This document shows, piece after piece, positions 1-11,957 of a stretch of DNA of 64,000 nucleotides. The translations under genes were made by a program, and so were the position numbers. The notes under the pieces were generated by a model. The model was given only the letters and a program-made list of their open reading frames with translations, did no database searches and was not told where the DNA came from. The DNA comes from Massalongia carnosa (lineage: Eukaryota), in assembly GCA_965645245.1 (NCBI GenBank), contig OZ287068.1, positions 1,116,001 to 1,180,000 on the forward strand, read 5' to 3'. How positions within the stretch are numbered: the first letter of the stretch is position 1; each line of letters begins with the position of its first letter.

Positions 1-779
1 GGAAAGCTTCCAAAAAACCGTGGAGGAGGTCCCTTTACCCTAAACACCATACAAAAGGCATGATAGAGTAAGCACGAGCTAAATATGGTCAGCGCTACTT
101 CCTCATAGGAGTTAGGTTCAACTAACGCTGATGCTCCTTCACAGTCACAATTTCTGCAACTGTGGTCTGCAGCACTCCCACGTTTCTACCCGCCTATCAG
201 TTTCTTTTTCTAGGAAATCTTTGCAGAACGTAGTCTGAAGAGCTCGTACCCGTTCAAGAGTCCTCCGAGAGCTCGTGCAAGCAGGGCGACTGGCAGACTT
301 GGTGCGAAGCCAAATATCAACATACTTAGACTGGTCCCTGCTAGCCCCGAAAGAAGGACAGGTTTCCTCCCTATCTTATCGCTCAATTTTCCCCAAAGGA
401 TGCCGGTGGAGAACTCAGCAAACGCAAAGGCCGATGTAACCATGCCAGCATACATTGCGATCTGCCGGTCTTCCGAAGTTATTTTGAACGATCGAATCAT
501 ATAGTATATGTAAGGGAAGATAGACATGAATGCAATCGGCTCACATATCCGGCACAATGCTAAAGATAGTCCAAATGTTAGCGGGGGAATCTTCCTGGGG
601 AGGTTTGAAATGTGGATATTTCTCAGACATGAATTGTATTTGATACGTGACTGTTATAATCAGAGCAAGGGAAGAAAGAACCAACCTAGGATAAGGAGTT
701 GCTGGGTCGGAAACGGCGTTGCTGTGGGTGTAATGACCGTTTGGCGGTGCCAAGGTAGAATTGAAGACAGCATCTTCAT
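1..779 (-). CDS. MFS transporter (YCR023C/ZIF1-like drug:H+ antiporter type), 5' part; gene runs off the window start
   Basis: ATG at 779; exon 1 779-686 (MKMLSS...FPTQQLLIL), GT-AG intron 685-560 with GCTAAC branch, exon 2 ALCRICEPIAFMSIFPY...WGKLSDKIGRKPVLL (MFS motif A)...ARALGGLLNG; further exons to the left. Confidence 0.9.
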
Positions 780-3700
780 TTTTTCTTTAGTGGTTTAGCT
801 CGAGTGAGAATTCACCACCGGACAAAGACAACACTTGCCAGCCCCTCTATACAAGAGGACCAGAGCAGGAAGGTAGACCTGCAAAGCCAGCGCAAACAAC
901 CGCCTTGGAGACAGGAATACTGGGTGTGCTGCAGGAGACAATTGGATCAAAGGGTCATCATTCTGCTTTGATAATAAATAAAATGTAAATTGGGAATGAA
1001 GGACAAGTCCAGTTTAGTATTTAATGAGACTGGACAAGCTGGTCCGACGAATTTTAATCCAACAACGGTCGATGACAAACTCTTGACGCATCCAATACCC
1101 GTGACAATCAACGGGGACAAAAGTGATCCGCAAGCTCGGTCCCGACTCATTACCTGCGCAAGCAAGCGTGGATTGTAATTGAATCGTGTAATTAGAAGGG
1201 ATCGGGGATGGCCGTCATTGTTTCGCTCAACTCTTCCTATGAACCTCGATCCCCCCATGCTGGGACTCCCCATGCTGGGGTGATGGTTTTAGTGTCGCGG
1301 GTCTCTTTGTTCAGTCTCGCCATCTCCGTGTTCCGTGTTCCATACTGCCGGAAGAAGCACAGGCAATGATGCCAGACGATGGGCATTATTTTGTGTACGG
1401 CTTAGGGCAAGGGCAAGGACAAGGACGGCCCCCACCCATGTACTCCCATTAGAGTGAAAAGAAAAGAAAAAAACCCTGATGACGATTCACCCATGTGCAT
1501 GAGTAGGGACGAGTAGGTACATAACGTGCTGCACGTCCAATCTATAAAGCCCTCGGCTACTCGGGAAGAGCCCAAGGCCTTCGGTTTGGGTGGCGATGTC
1601 GTACAGATTGGGAGGGAATAATGGAAAAGGATCCGTGGAGGGATGTTTGCGAGCGTTCGGACCTTGATTAGGTTTGGCCTATCAGCTTCACGCTCATTGC
1701 TTACCACAAAGATGTTGCCCCGGCTGTCCTGATGCAGGAAATTTTTCTTCGGGGGTCCGGCTTCAGCATTGGCGCAGCGTTGGCGCAGCCCTAGCTCAGG
1801 GATCGAGGAACGGAGTCTTCGCCTATTTTACTCAGGGATTGATATGCCTTCTTGTGCTCTTCCGCCTCCACTCCTCTCTCCTTCACGCCCTGCTGCCCGC
1901 CAATGCGCCAGCTTATTGCCAGAAACAACCATGATCCTATTGGAACATCGCCTAGCAAATCCTCCTACCAGCGTTATTAGTCATACATGGAAGCTGAATG
2001 GCATTGCGCACAATATAACACGCCAAAAATCCTTCATCGATGCCATCACGAAATGGCCTTGGCGGTAAATAGGAAGGCGCTGGTGACGATTGGTCACAAC
2101 ATCAAATGGCGGTGAAAGGAGATGAAAAGGCTTGAACTTATTCAGCTCACACGCCAACGGTCTGGCGTCGGGAATCCATGTCCGTCGTGATCTGCTTGGG
2201 ACTTGGGGAAAGGGAGAACGTGAAATAGCGTCGATCCAGACTCTTGGCAGCCTCGTGGATGTCGAGCTTGTGGTCTCATCAGCTAGCCGCCGCCTCCGAC
2301 CTGTCACCTGAGCGCGGAAGCTCTGAAGATCATACCCTCGTGAGAAAGTCGAATCGTGGAACCGGAAAGGGGGGAACTGCTACTAAGTTTTCCGGGAGCC
2401 TTAGGGTTGAACTTTGGGGAATGCGGACCGGTCAGGGGGAGTGAATTGATCCGAATTACTTTTCCAACTCCAACAGCACTTGCCTAACGCAACCAACCCT
2501 TCTTATTCAGGTTGAATATGAGATTTCTTTGATCAACGCACCAACAGGTACTGCATTCATCATAGGAAAGCTAAGAGCTCATCGGCATAAGTTTCAAGCA
2601 CCTAAAATTTAGTATGATAGTGCGGTGCTGGCGCATTGAATGATCAACATGGTCATGATGCAAGAGCCACGCGGCTTGAAGCAGGGATTCAAGGGGACCC
2701 TTTGTGTGGCGCCATCTTTGAATCTGGTATTGGGAGCAGCTAGATTTTACCAGGGGTTACTTAGCGTTACGGTAACGGTAAGGTACGAGTGCCGACCTTC
2801 AAGAGAAACGACCAAACCACCAATGACTTGATAATCCTTATGTCAAGCTCTTTAACCGCTTTTCGGCTTTCCTACTCTGTACTCTATCTATTTCACTATA
2901 GTGTTCATACGAAGTCCAGCATGTCACCTCGTTCCTCAACGAACAATCATGCTCCTGTAGCGGTATACTGCATGCCAAGGTACTGTAAATTTGCTGTCCT
3001 TGACATTGCAGCACACTTGCGAAAGATTTGGTCGGCCTCGGGGGTACTTGAAAGTACCACCGCAGATTACTCTGCAGCTTACACGATGAGTGCCAATGGC
3101 AAAGGGCATCATGGCTGTTGCGGGCGACCATTCCTTGGTCTTCTGTCAAGCTTGGAGACCCAACGCGATACATGATACCACCGTGTTCTGACGTATCACC
3201 TTTGCGTACGGAGTACTCCCAACTTGTATCGAATACCTCGGACATGCAACTAACGTTGATTCAAGCTTTCAAAAGAGCCTTAACTGACACCGCAGAGTCC
3301 CGATCGCCTGCACCTGCATTTGATAGGTGACTAGTGCCAAGGCCCTCGTCAATCCCCCCCCACACGACGCGATAGTGTGTGTTGTTGTCTCCCAACTCGG
3401 AACAAGCTACTTATCCTGCTCTGCTGGGTTCAAGGATTTGCCGGGCTTTTAGCACGTAACGTTACTTCAAAGGCACCTCTTGGCACCCAAAATCCTGTTC
3501 AGGCAAATGATGGTATTTGCGATTTTCCCCATCTCCCAGATTATTCATCCCACTGCAGGGGCCGGTGGCGTAGTCCTGATGCCACCGGGCTTTCGCTCAC
3601 GAGGTCAGAAATTCACGGATGGAATCGATACGGCACACCGGCGACCGTATTGGTTGCAGATTTTATGAGCATCCGTACGACAACTTCTGCTAGCCAGAAC

Positions 3701-6700
3701 TAGTATAGGGTACTATTTCCTTCTATCTACTCTGTACATGCCTCTTCAAAGGACTCCATTAAAGGTAATTGCTTCCCATTTCGGAGATTGGATAAGATTA
3801 AAGGTTACGCTACTCAGCGTCACCGCCTTTTCGATCTTGCACCCGATGACTCTCAGAGCGACCGAGATTTGCTCCCCATAACATCAACGTTGGACACTCA
3901 CGACTGTTTTAACTGTCAATTACCTGTAAATCTTTCCCTGCCACTCAGCAACCAATAGACCAGGTAGTTACGGCCGATCCTCTTAATATCACTCGAGAAC
4001 AAGACCAATTGCTCTTCCTGTGTCTATGTGCTTTTTCTCTCTAAGCATGCCTGTTCCCTTCCAATTGAATCCCGCGAATCCGGTATTACAACCACTGTTT
4101 CGGGATCTGGTCACTGGCTCAGTCGATCAAACCCGAAATAGTGGTTCTTGGGATTAATCCCCTCTTTCTCCGATTATTCGGGTTATCTCGCCCAATAAAA
4201 TCTGTTATTTTTCCATTCTTTCTATTCACAATGCAGCGGTGTGTACTTTGGGAATGCCCTCGATCGTCGATAATGTACAAGGCGCCCCAACAAAGCCAAT
4301 GGCAATAAAATATTCTATTGTGCCTTTACAGCATCTGTTATTTCGGTCGTTTATCCTTTGAGTAAAGAGATGCGAGCTGACTGCTTGAATCTTTTTGGCG
4401 TAAAGCATTATTAGGGAAGCCCCTGAGGCACTTCTACCTGCTATTCTTTCTGGTGCAAAGGCAGTTTCGTTTTGATTTATTGTCACTTCTTGAGTGAAGA
4501 GCCAACACGGTTGAAATGAAAATAATAAGGTGCTGACCTAGATATCTCTAGGTACTCATACGATTAGACCCAACACCAATCTACGGGTCCCAGACTCAAC
4601 ATCAACATACCCGTCAGCACTATCCTTTAATCAGAGGCTCGGAAAAGACCCCATTACAGATCCCTCGGTCTGTCTGTTGCCTTCCCTTAGCGTTTTGGGA
4701 AATTGGCCAGCAACGCACTGCTTCGCACCTTTGCTGCGGACCCTGCCCGGGAGTGTCTTACTACCATGCCTTCATGTTAGGCTGAAGTTCTTCATCAACC
4801 AATATGCTGGGGGGGAAAGCTGGTGAGTGCTGATCCTAGGAATACACTTGGATGAAAAATGTATTGTTACGAGTTCTTTTTCAATACCCTTTGATGGTAT
4901 TGGCTTGTTCCGTGACGTAGAAACGGAAGTAAAGTAATGGCACCGACTAACGGCCCAAATATTTGTACTAACAAATCGGCTGTCATATCATTGAATCATT
5001 GCAGGATCCTTAATCTATTGATTTCGGATTGACCAATCTACCCGATTTAATGACCTCGCACCTAGAGACCGGCACGAGTGATTGACTTTCAACATGTATG
5101 TCAGCATCGCCTTGGCAAGTGGTCATCTGAAAGGGAAAGCAAGCGTTTGGATAATCGAACAAGAATTGTCTCTTTTAACCCCCAAGCTATCGCTCAGATG
5201 ACCCTTTAGCGATAGGACAGCAAGCCTACACCACGTTACGAACAAGGTGGATTGAGAGCTGACCACTCCTTGCTTGCGGGACGTGCATGCTGTCACAAAA
5301 GAGCTGCAGGTTAGCAGGTAGCGCCTGATATCCAATACCCGTTCCCATGGGATTTTCAAGTCAATCAAACCCCCAAAGTGATGAACAATATCCCTAATAT
5401 CCTCATAGTGGTTTACTTCCATCAGCTGGTTCAGCTCAGCCAGGCGTACTGAACATTATCATCCAAGAGAGCCAATAGTATTCACTCTAATCATGCCATC
5501 ACCGCGCATTTTCTGTACTTAGTTCTCATTCGACTTCGCCTTCCGCTTCCTTACGGGTAAGATTTTCTCCTCTTTGTTTTTGCGACGAGATATAGATGCA
5601 CATTTCAGCAGACAACGCGAGCAGCAATGTGTGGAACAAAACCTGCAGATTTGGAAAAAAGAGTCAGCCGAGTAATAGTTATAATTGCCGGCACGATTCT
5701 TGCGAAACTTGAACAAGATTGCACGGTGCGAATGATGACGTATGGACCTTTCTGGCTTTGTTCTCCTTCTCAAAACCACTACCTTTGGAGGGAATCATGC
5801 ACAGGAAACGCGAAATGACTCTCCATGCAGGAAGCATGATATTTCTGATATTTGCATCATGAAATGTTTGCTCGTAAGGTATGATTGTCGCTTACAGAGG
5901 CAGGAAGCCTCGCCATCTACCTACGATTCAACGGGAAACCAATAGGCAAAACCTCAAACCTTAAATATCGGGAAACCAACCGGCCGGGATAATGTTCCTG
6001 TTTTGTTTTGCGGAAAGAGATCCCTCAACCAAGGTTGGCAAAGAGGGCGCAATTGGGAATTTGCGAAAAACTCTACAAGTCTGTAGGGAGACATGATTGG
6101 TGGATTTGGATTTTACAGTCAGAGGTGTGGAGAGACAAAAGCAACGGAAGGGATGTTGCGCGCATTACATGCATGCCTGCGTGCAAAACTCTTTAATTAT
6201 TTTCTGCTTTTTGGGGGGAAGGTTTTCCCCAATGTCACAAAATTTTCTCTCTCGATTAAGGTTACCACTTTCCGTTACGACTTGATTGGAAGCCGCTGTG
6301 TTACTTTTCCGTTTCATCAATTTTATTTTATTTTATTTTACCCTCCCCCCTTCCCCTAAATCGGACGATCCGAATGCTTCCAGCGCCATCGTGGAGCCTT
6401 GGAAATTTGCCGACAGCGGAGTTTGCCGGCCGGAGAAGGTTTCGCGAGATCTTGCCGGTTTCCCCCCGGCTCAGTCTACCTGACATGAGTAAGTAACCCT
6501 ATAGTTACATATGTACATAGATAACCAGAACCTTCATTCTCATCCCTTCCTCCCTCCAATATAACTAGAGAACTGACCTGGACTGGGCTCATGACACTGC
6601 TCTAAGTGTCCCTGAATAACTACTAAATCCCTCTTTCGAGTGGCGTTACTCTTCTCTATATGTATGTGTCTTATTTTCGTTTTCTCTTCTCCAACCTTAG

Positions 6701-7054
6701 CGGGAGAATCCTTTTATTACCTAGGTATGCAAGGATTCTCCTGTTACATGAACAGTTGACGGCTTACTATGGAGGTGACTGCTTATAGCAGTCATGGCAG
6801 CCTGCAGGGCTGAGCTAGAACTAACGGGACTAAGCGAGAATTCCATCATCTCCTGTCCCGGTTGTTCCGGGTAAGGGGGCAGGGTAGGGCGGATGTTGAA
6901 GGGGTAAGCTAGTTATGGGAGTTTAAACCGAACACAAAATCAAGGTTTGGTCGGCGAGCCCGGCCCTGGAGTGGAAAGAGGGGGATTTAGTAATGGATAG
7001 TGGGAGGGAGGCTTTGAAAAGGGTTGAGTATCGATATGTATGTATATATGTTGG

Positions 7055-7250
7055 TGTTGAGCTGAATGTATGATAACAATGAGCTCTATGATGAATTTAT
7101 ATTTACGTCAGAAGAATATCTCTTGATAGTGAAATAGATGATTGATTTATTGATGGATTTATGATGAATCCTCTAAGCCTAAATTTACAAGAAGAGAATT
7201 TTGTATGAGCTTGTCTCGCTTGTTACATAATCTCTGCCGTTAGTCCGACA
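7055..7250 (-). repeat. 3' LTR of the copia element (196 bp)
   Basis: Plus-strand TGTTGAGCTG...TAGTCCGACA; matches the split copy at 11837-11957 + 14149-14223 with no mismatch seen by eye. Confidence 0.97.
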
Positions 7251-7278
7251 CACCCCCTTGATGAAGGTCGGTCTTCTT

Positions 7279-10200
7279 TCATTTGAGAATAGAATCTTCA
7301 TCAACTTTTTCCATTTCTAGGCCTAGTAGTCGTAAGAAGTCTTTGTGACGCTGAGGCGGAAGGGCCTTGGTTAATCCATCAGCTAGAATATTAGTAGTAG
7401 AGACCCATTCTATTTTGATTTTCCCAATAGCTATCTCTTGACGTAGCCAATGTTTGTGGATATCGACGTGCCTTAATTTGGTAATAAGCCTATTGGTGGT
7501 GAGCGCTCGAATGGTCTGCATATTATCGCATTGAATGCTAGCTATTTGGGTTAGATGAAAGTTAATGGATTGAAAAAATCGAGTCCACCATATCAACTCT
7601 TTCCCTGCAGCTGATATAGCTAGCAATTCAGCCTCAGTTGAGCTAGTGGTCACAGTGCGTTGCTTTGATGCTTTCCAGTCTATCATACCATTGTACAATT
7701 TGAAAGCATAGCCTTGAGAGCTATATCGAGTGCTGGTATCGTCAGCGAATGAAGCATCGCTGCTGGCCAGGAAGATGGTGTGTGAGTTGACTAGCGAGCT
7801 GAATACGATGGCTAGGTGTTTAGTGTAGGCTAGATATTTAATGGTGCGGTTTGCGCAGTCAATATGAAGCTTTGATGGGTTGGTTAGAAATTCTGACAAT
7901 TTGGAAGCGGCATGAGCCACATCGGGTCTAGTGATGACTGCGGCGAAATTCAAAGACCCTACTCGCTGTTGGTATGAATGGATTTCTTGGTGCGTAGCTA
8001 TAGAAAGGTTTTTAGTAAGCTCTTCTTGGGGTAGTGGTGCACTTGTAGCTCTTTTGGTGAAGTCAGTGTTGATGTCAATGTTGAATTTGGCAATTAGCTT
8101 TTCAATATAGGAGCTTTGGCATAGCCATAATTTCCTATTTGCTCTGTCCCGGGTGATATGTATTCCTAAAAACCATTCAAGTGGACCCAAATATCGCATC
8201 TCATACCTTTGAAATAGTAGAGTTTGGAATTGATCCACTTGCCTGGTATATTTATGATCATATAGGATCACAATATCATCAACGAAAAAGAACAGCAAGA
8301 TGTGGATATCTTGGCTGATAAAAAGACAGTCCACCCCCGAGATTAGTTCAAAACCCATATCAATTAGTGCTTTTGATAAGTTCCGAAACCATAGAGCCGG
8401 TGACTGCTTTAGGCCGTACAATGCCCGCAGTAGAAGCAATAGAAATTTGCCTTTTTCCGAATTTGAACCTGGCCACCCATCAGGTAATTTGCAATAGGTT
8501 GGCTCATCTATGGGGCTATTTGCGAAGGCGTTTACTGCATCATACTGACGGGTTTCAAGGTCAAATGCGGCTAGTATTGCCATCAGCGCCCTAAAGATTC
8601 TTGCTGCAAGTGTAGCCGCAAATGTATCTTGCTCGGTGCGTTGTAGATCACCTCTAGCGCATAGCCTTGCTTTGTATTTGGCTAGATAGCCCTTTTCATC
8701 GAATTTGTATTTGAATACCCAAATAGTTGGTGTGGGAATTTTTCCGGCTGTGACTGCTGATTCGTAACTCACCTCTGTCCAAGTCTTCTTGGAAATTAGC
8801 GCCTTGATTTCTATCTCCATAGCTAGCTTGAAACCCTCTGCATGCGGGTGTTTCAGCATCTGACGATAGTGTTCTGGCTCGTTGGGTAAGCTATCTCTAT
8901 GAAAGTGATTGATTTTGGGATGATGTTGATCGCTTTTAAGCTCTTGATGATGAGAAGCATATGAACTTGCCTTGATATGTGCTGAGAAAGCGGCATGATA
9001 TGAGTCCAATTCACCATTAGATGCCTGTGTTAGTGCTGTTGAGTACGCTTCTTTGCGCTGATTTCGGGTTCGTCGTCTTCCCACCCCCTCAGGTAAGATA
9101 TTTTGAATATCGAAGTTGGAGTTGACTTCTTTAGGAGCTCTGTTAGTGATAGTACTACTGCTTGTGGTGGTGGAAATAGAATCAGAATCAGATGGGGCTG
9201 GTGTTGGTAAGTAAGATCTCTCTTTCTCCTTTGGTGAAGAGGAAATTTTGTCAATACTTCCCCCTTTTATTCCTTCCTCTTCATCCGATTCTATCTCAGT
9301 GATTAGTGTTACAGGATCCAAGCTATTTGCCTCGTAAGTCATTTCAAGCATTGGCTCTTTGATTGCCTGCAATAAATCGATATCGCGAGCATCATAGCCG
9401 GTGCTATCATCAAACATTACATCTCTGGTACGAATCACCTTGCGCTGGCTAGGAATCCATATGCGAAAGATGTTTCTTGCTTCGTAGCCAATCAAATGGC
9501 CTATGTGGGCTCGCTCCTGCATCTTTTCTTTGCGCGGTAGATTTTTGTTCAAGGTGTAGGCCTTGCACCCGTACTGATGAAGATGGCTTAGATCGGGTGC
9601 ATTTCCGATGACTAACTCATATGGAGTTTTCCATTGATGCTTCTTCATCGGGGTGCGATTAGCGATATAGCCTGCAGTGCGTACGATTTCCGGCCATAAA
9701 TAGATAGGTAGGCCGGCGTCGATTCTCATGGTCCTTGCTTTCATTGCTAGAATTCCACCTTTTCTTTCCGAATGGCCATTTTGCTCTGGCGTATCAGGAG
9801 TGGACGATTCGTACGTTATGCCTTAATCAATCAGTAGATCATTGAAATCATTTCCCAATGATCTTTCTCCATCCGATCGGAAAAACACTACTTTAGCATT
9901 GAAGCGGGTCTCAATAAGATTGATTGCTTCGTGCACTATCCGTGATGCCTCACCTTTGCGACCGTGGGTAAATACCATATTAAAATCTGTTGCATGGCAT
10001 GCGAAGTGCGATACCCATTCATCTTTATTCATCGCTGGGTTTAGCTGCATGAGATCATATGTGATGCGATAAAATGGTGCATTAGATGACTCCGCATTGT
10101 CTGAGGATCTAGAGACTAGGCGATGGGCTTTTGACAGCGCGCATGGCTCACACTCGTTGGTTTTGGGCACCTTACCTTCATTATCTTGATTGGATATTTT

Positions 10201-11695
10201 TACTCCCCTAGTTGATGATTCAAGATGTTGAATGACTTCAATCGATGCGTGTGCTAGCATTTGATGCCATTCGTAGGCCATTGCAACTTTGGAAGCTGTT
10301 GCTTTGAAAGCTGTTGCAACTTTATTGTTAGCTACTTCAGTCTTTTGAGCTGGAAAAGTGTATACTTGATTGTCTGAGGTGTTGTCTTCTAGCAGGTAGT
10401 GCCCGTTATATCGCTTTACATTTGCCACTGTCATTCCTTCCCTATGCAGGTGAAGTTTCCAGTTATCAAAATAAAGCCCTTTAACATAAAGCAAGTCCTG
10501 AGAGACTAGATTGGTCATGAAGTTGGACACATATGCTACATTAAGTAGTGTCATGCTTTGCGGTCCGGTAGGGGTTGGTACAGTGATTTTTATTGTGCCA
10601 TAGCTCTCTATTGCGAGGCGTTGGGTGCCCGCAATAAGATATTTCCCTACTGCTTTCTTTTGGAGTGTGTATCTGGATTTCATGGTACTATTGCAAACGT
10701 GGCTATTTGATCCGTTATCCAATATCCATGAATCTCTGATAGTGTAGCTATCTGCTGAGAATGATGAGGAGGTTTTTATTGATGTAAACGCTCCTATCTC
10801 CTTTTCCTGATTAGCGTTGGTGGTGGTCGCTTATACCAATGTACAGAACCACATAGACACTTATTGGGTGATTTCTGCCCATTAAATGTTGCGCCAGATG
10901 CAGCAGATTGTCCTTCCTTCCCCTTTTTCTCAGCCGCAAATGCAGAATGGGTGTTTTTGTCCTTTGCTTTTTGCGACTGATGCAGGCGGATAAGACGGCG
11001 AAATTTTTCGATCAACAGATCAAGGTCCTGAGGCTTATCATCCTCCAAATCCATGAGATAACTGTCAGCGAATATTGGTTCTTTTGAATGAATCGCCATA
11101 AGAAAATCTCTGAGCGGCCGATTCCCGATTGCTTCACCGATTTTATATGATATAGCCTCGCTACAGACCAATTGCCATTCTTCCAACCATGCTTCAATGT
11201 CCTGCTTTCCAGGCCCCTTGCATAGCTTATGATACTTTGTTTCAATATCTAGCGCACGAGCCGAATCGCTGGGTGCAAGTCTTCGTTTTAGTGCTATGAG
11301 ATGGTCCCATGGATGCGATTCCACTTTTTGAATGTAGGTGGCATTCGCATCGAGAGAGTTTCTTGAATATAGGTTAACAAGTCGATGAAGGCCTTTTGTT
11401 GCCGTTCATAATTGACCAATAGTCCTTTGTATTCCTGAACATGAGCCCTATGTAGCTCATACCCCTCCTTGTCAAAGTGTGCGGTCTCTGTTGGGAGAGT
11501 ATATGTGGGTTCAACTGGTTTTAGAATGTGAATTGGCTTGATAGGCTTTTCTGGGTTGACTAACTCCCATATTCCATTGGTGATGGCCCGATTCCGCACG
11601 AAAGAGTACCAGGTATCCCAATCCGCTGGTTTGGCTAGGATAATCTTTCTTGTGGTAGTAGGGTTCATCTTGACGGCTTGATTTGTTGATTCCAT
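7279..11695 (-). pseudogene. Disrupted copia gag-pol polyprotein
   Basis: Gag 11695-10830 with frameshift near 11350 and truncated knuckle CLCGSVHWY; protease WILDNGSNSH; integrase HQMLAH..CEPC, FRSDGE, NGHSER with in-frame TAA at 9825-9823; RT YKARLCARGD, LYGLKQSP, FFVDD; RNase H SDASFADD, SSTEAE, LADGLTK. Confidence 0.95.
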
Positions 11696-11825
11696 TGAAT
11701 TGAATTTGATTGGCTTGCGAGCTTAAGAAGTCTAATGCAAATTGAATGTGCGATTAGCAAATTTTCCTCGGTTTACCTTTGTAGGAGAAAATTCTTATTC
11801 ATATGACGACGATGGAATTGCTTCC

Positions 11826-11836
11826 GGGCTCATAAC
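11826..11836 (-). other. Primer-binding site GTTATGAGCCC complementary to the anticodon region of initiator tRNA-Met (half-tRNA priming type)
   Basis: Directly follows the 5' LTR end (...CTCAACA|GTTATGAGCCC on minus); complement of GGGCUCAUAAC in tRNA-iMet, as in Ty5/Drosophila copia. Confidence 0.85.
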
Positions 11837-11957
11837 TGTTGAGCTGAATGTATGATAACAATGAGCTCTATGATGAATTTATATTTACGTCAGAAGAATA
11901 TCTCTTGATAGTGAAATAGATGATTGATTTATTGATGGATTTATGATGAATCCTCTA

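Noticed and set aside
800..2500. Several short overlapping ORFs upstream of the MFS gene
   Set aside because: No recognisable motifs or consistent splice structure; likely promoter/UTR sequence.
2600..5950. Patchy minus-strand coding-like fragments (e.g. 5123-5422, 2838-3245)
   Set aside because: May be a decayed gene, but I could not assign a family or build a consistent model.
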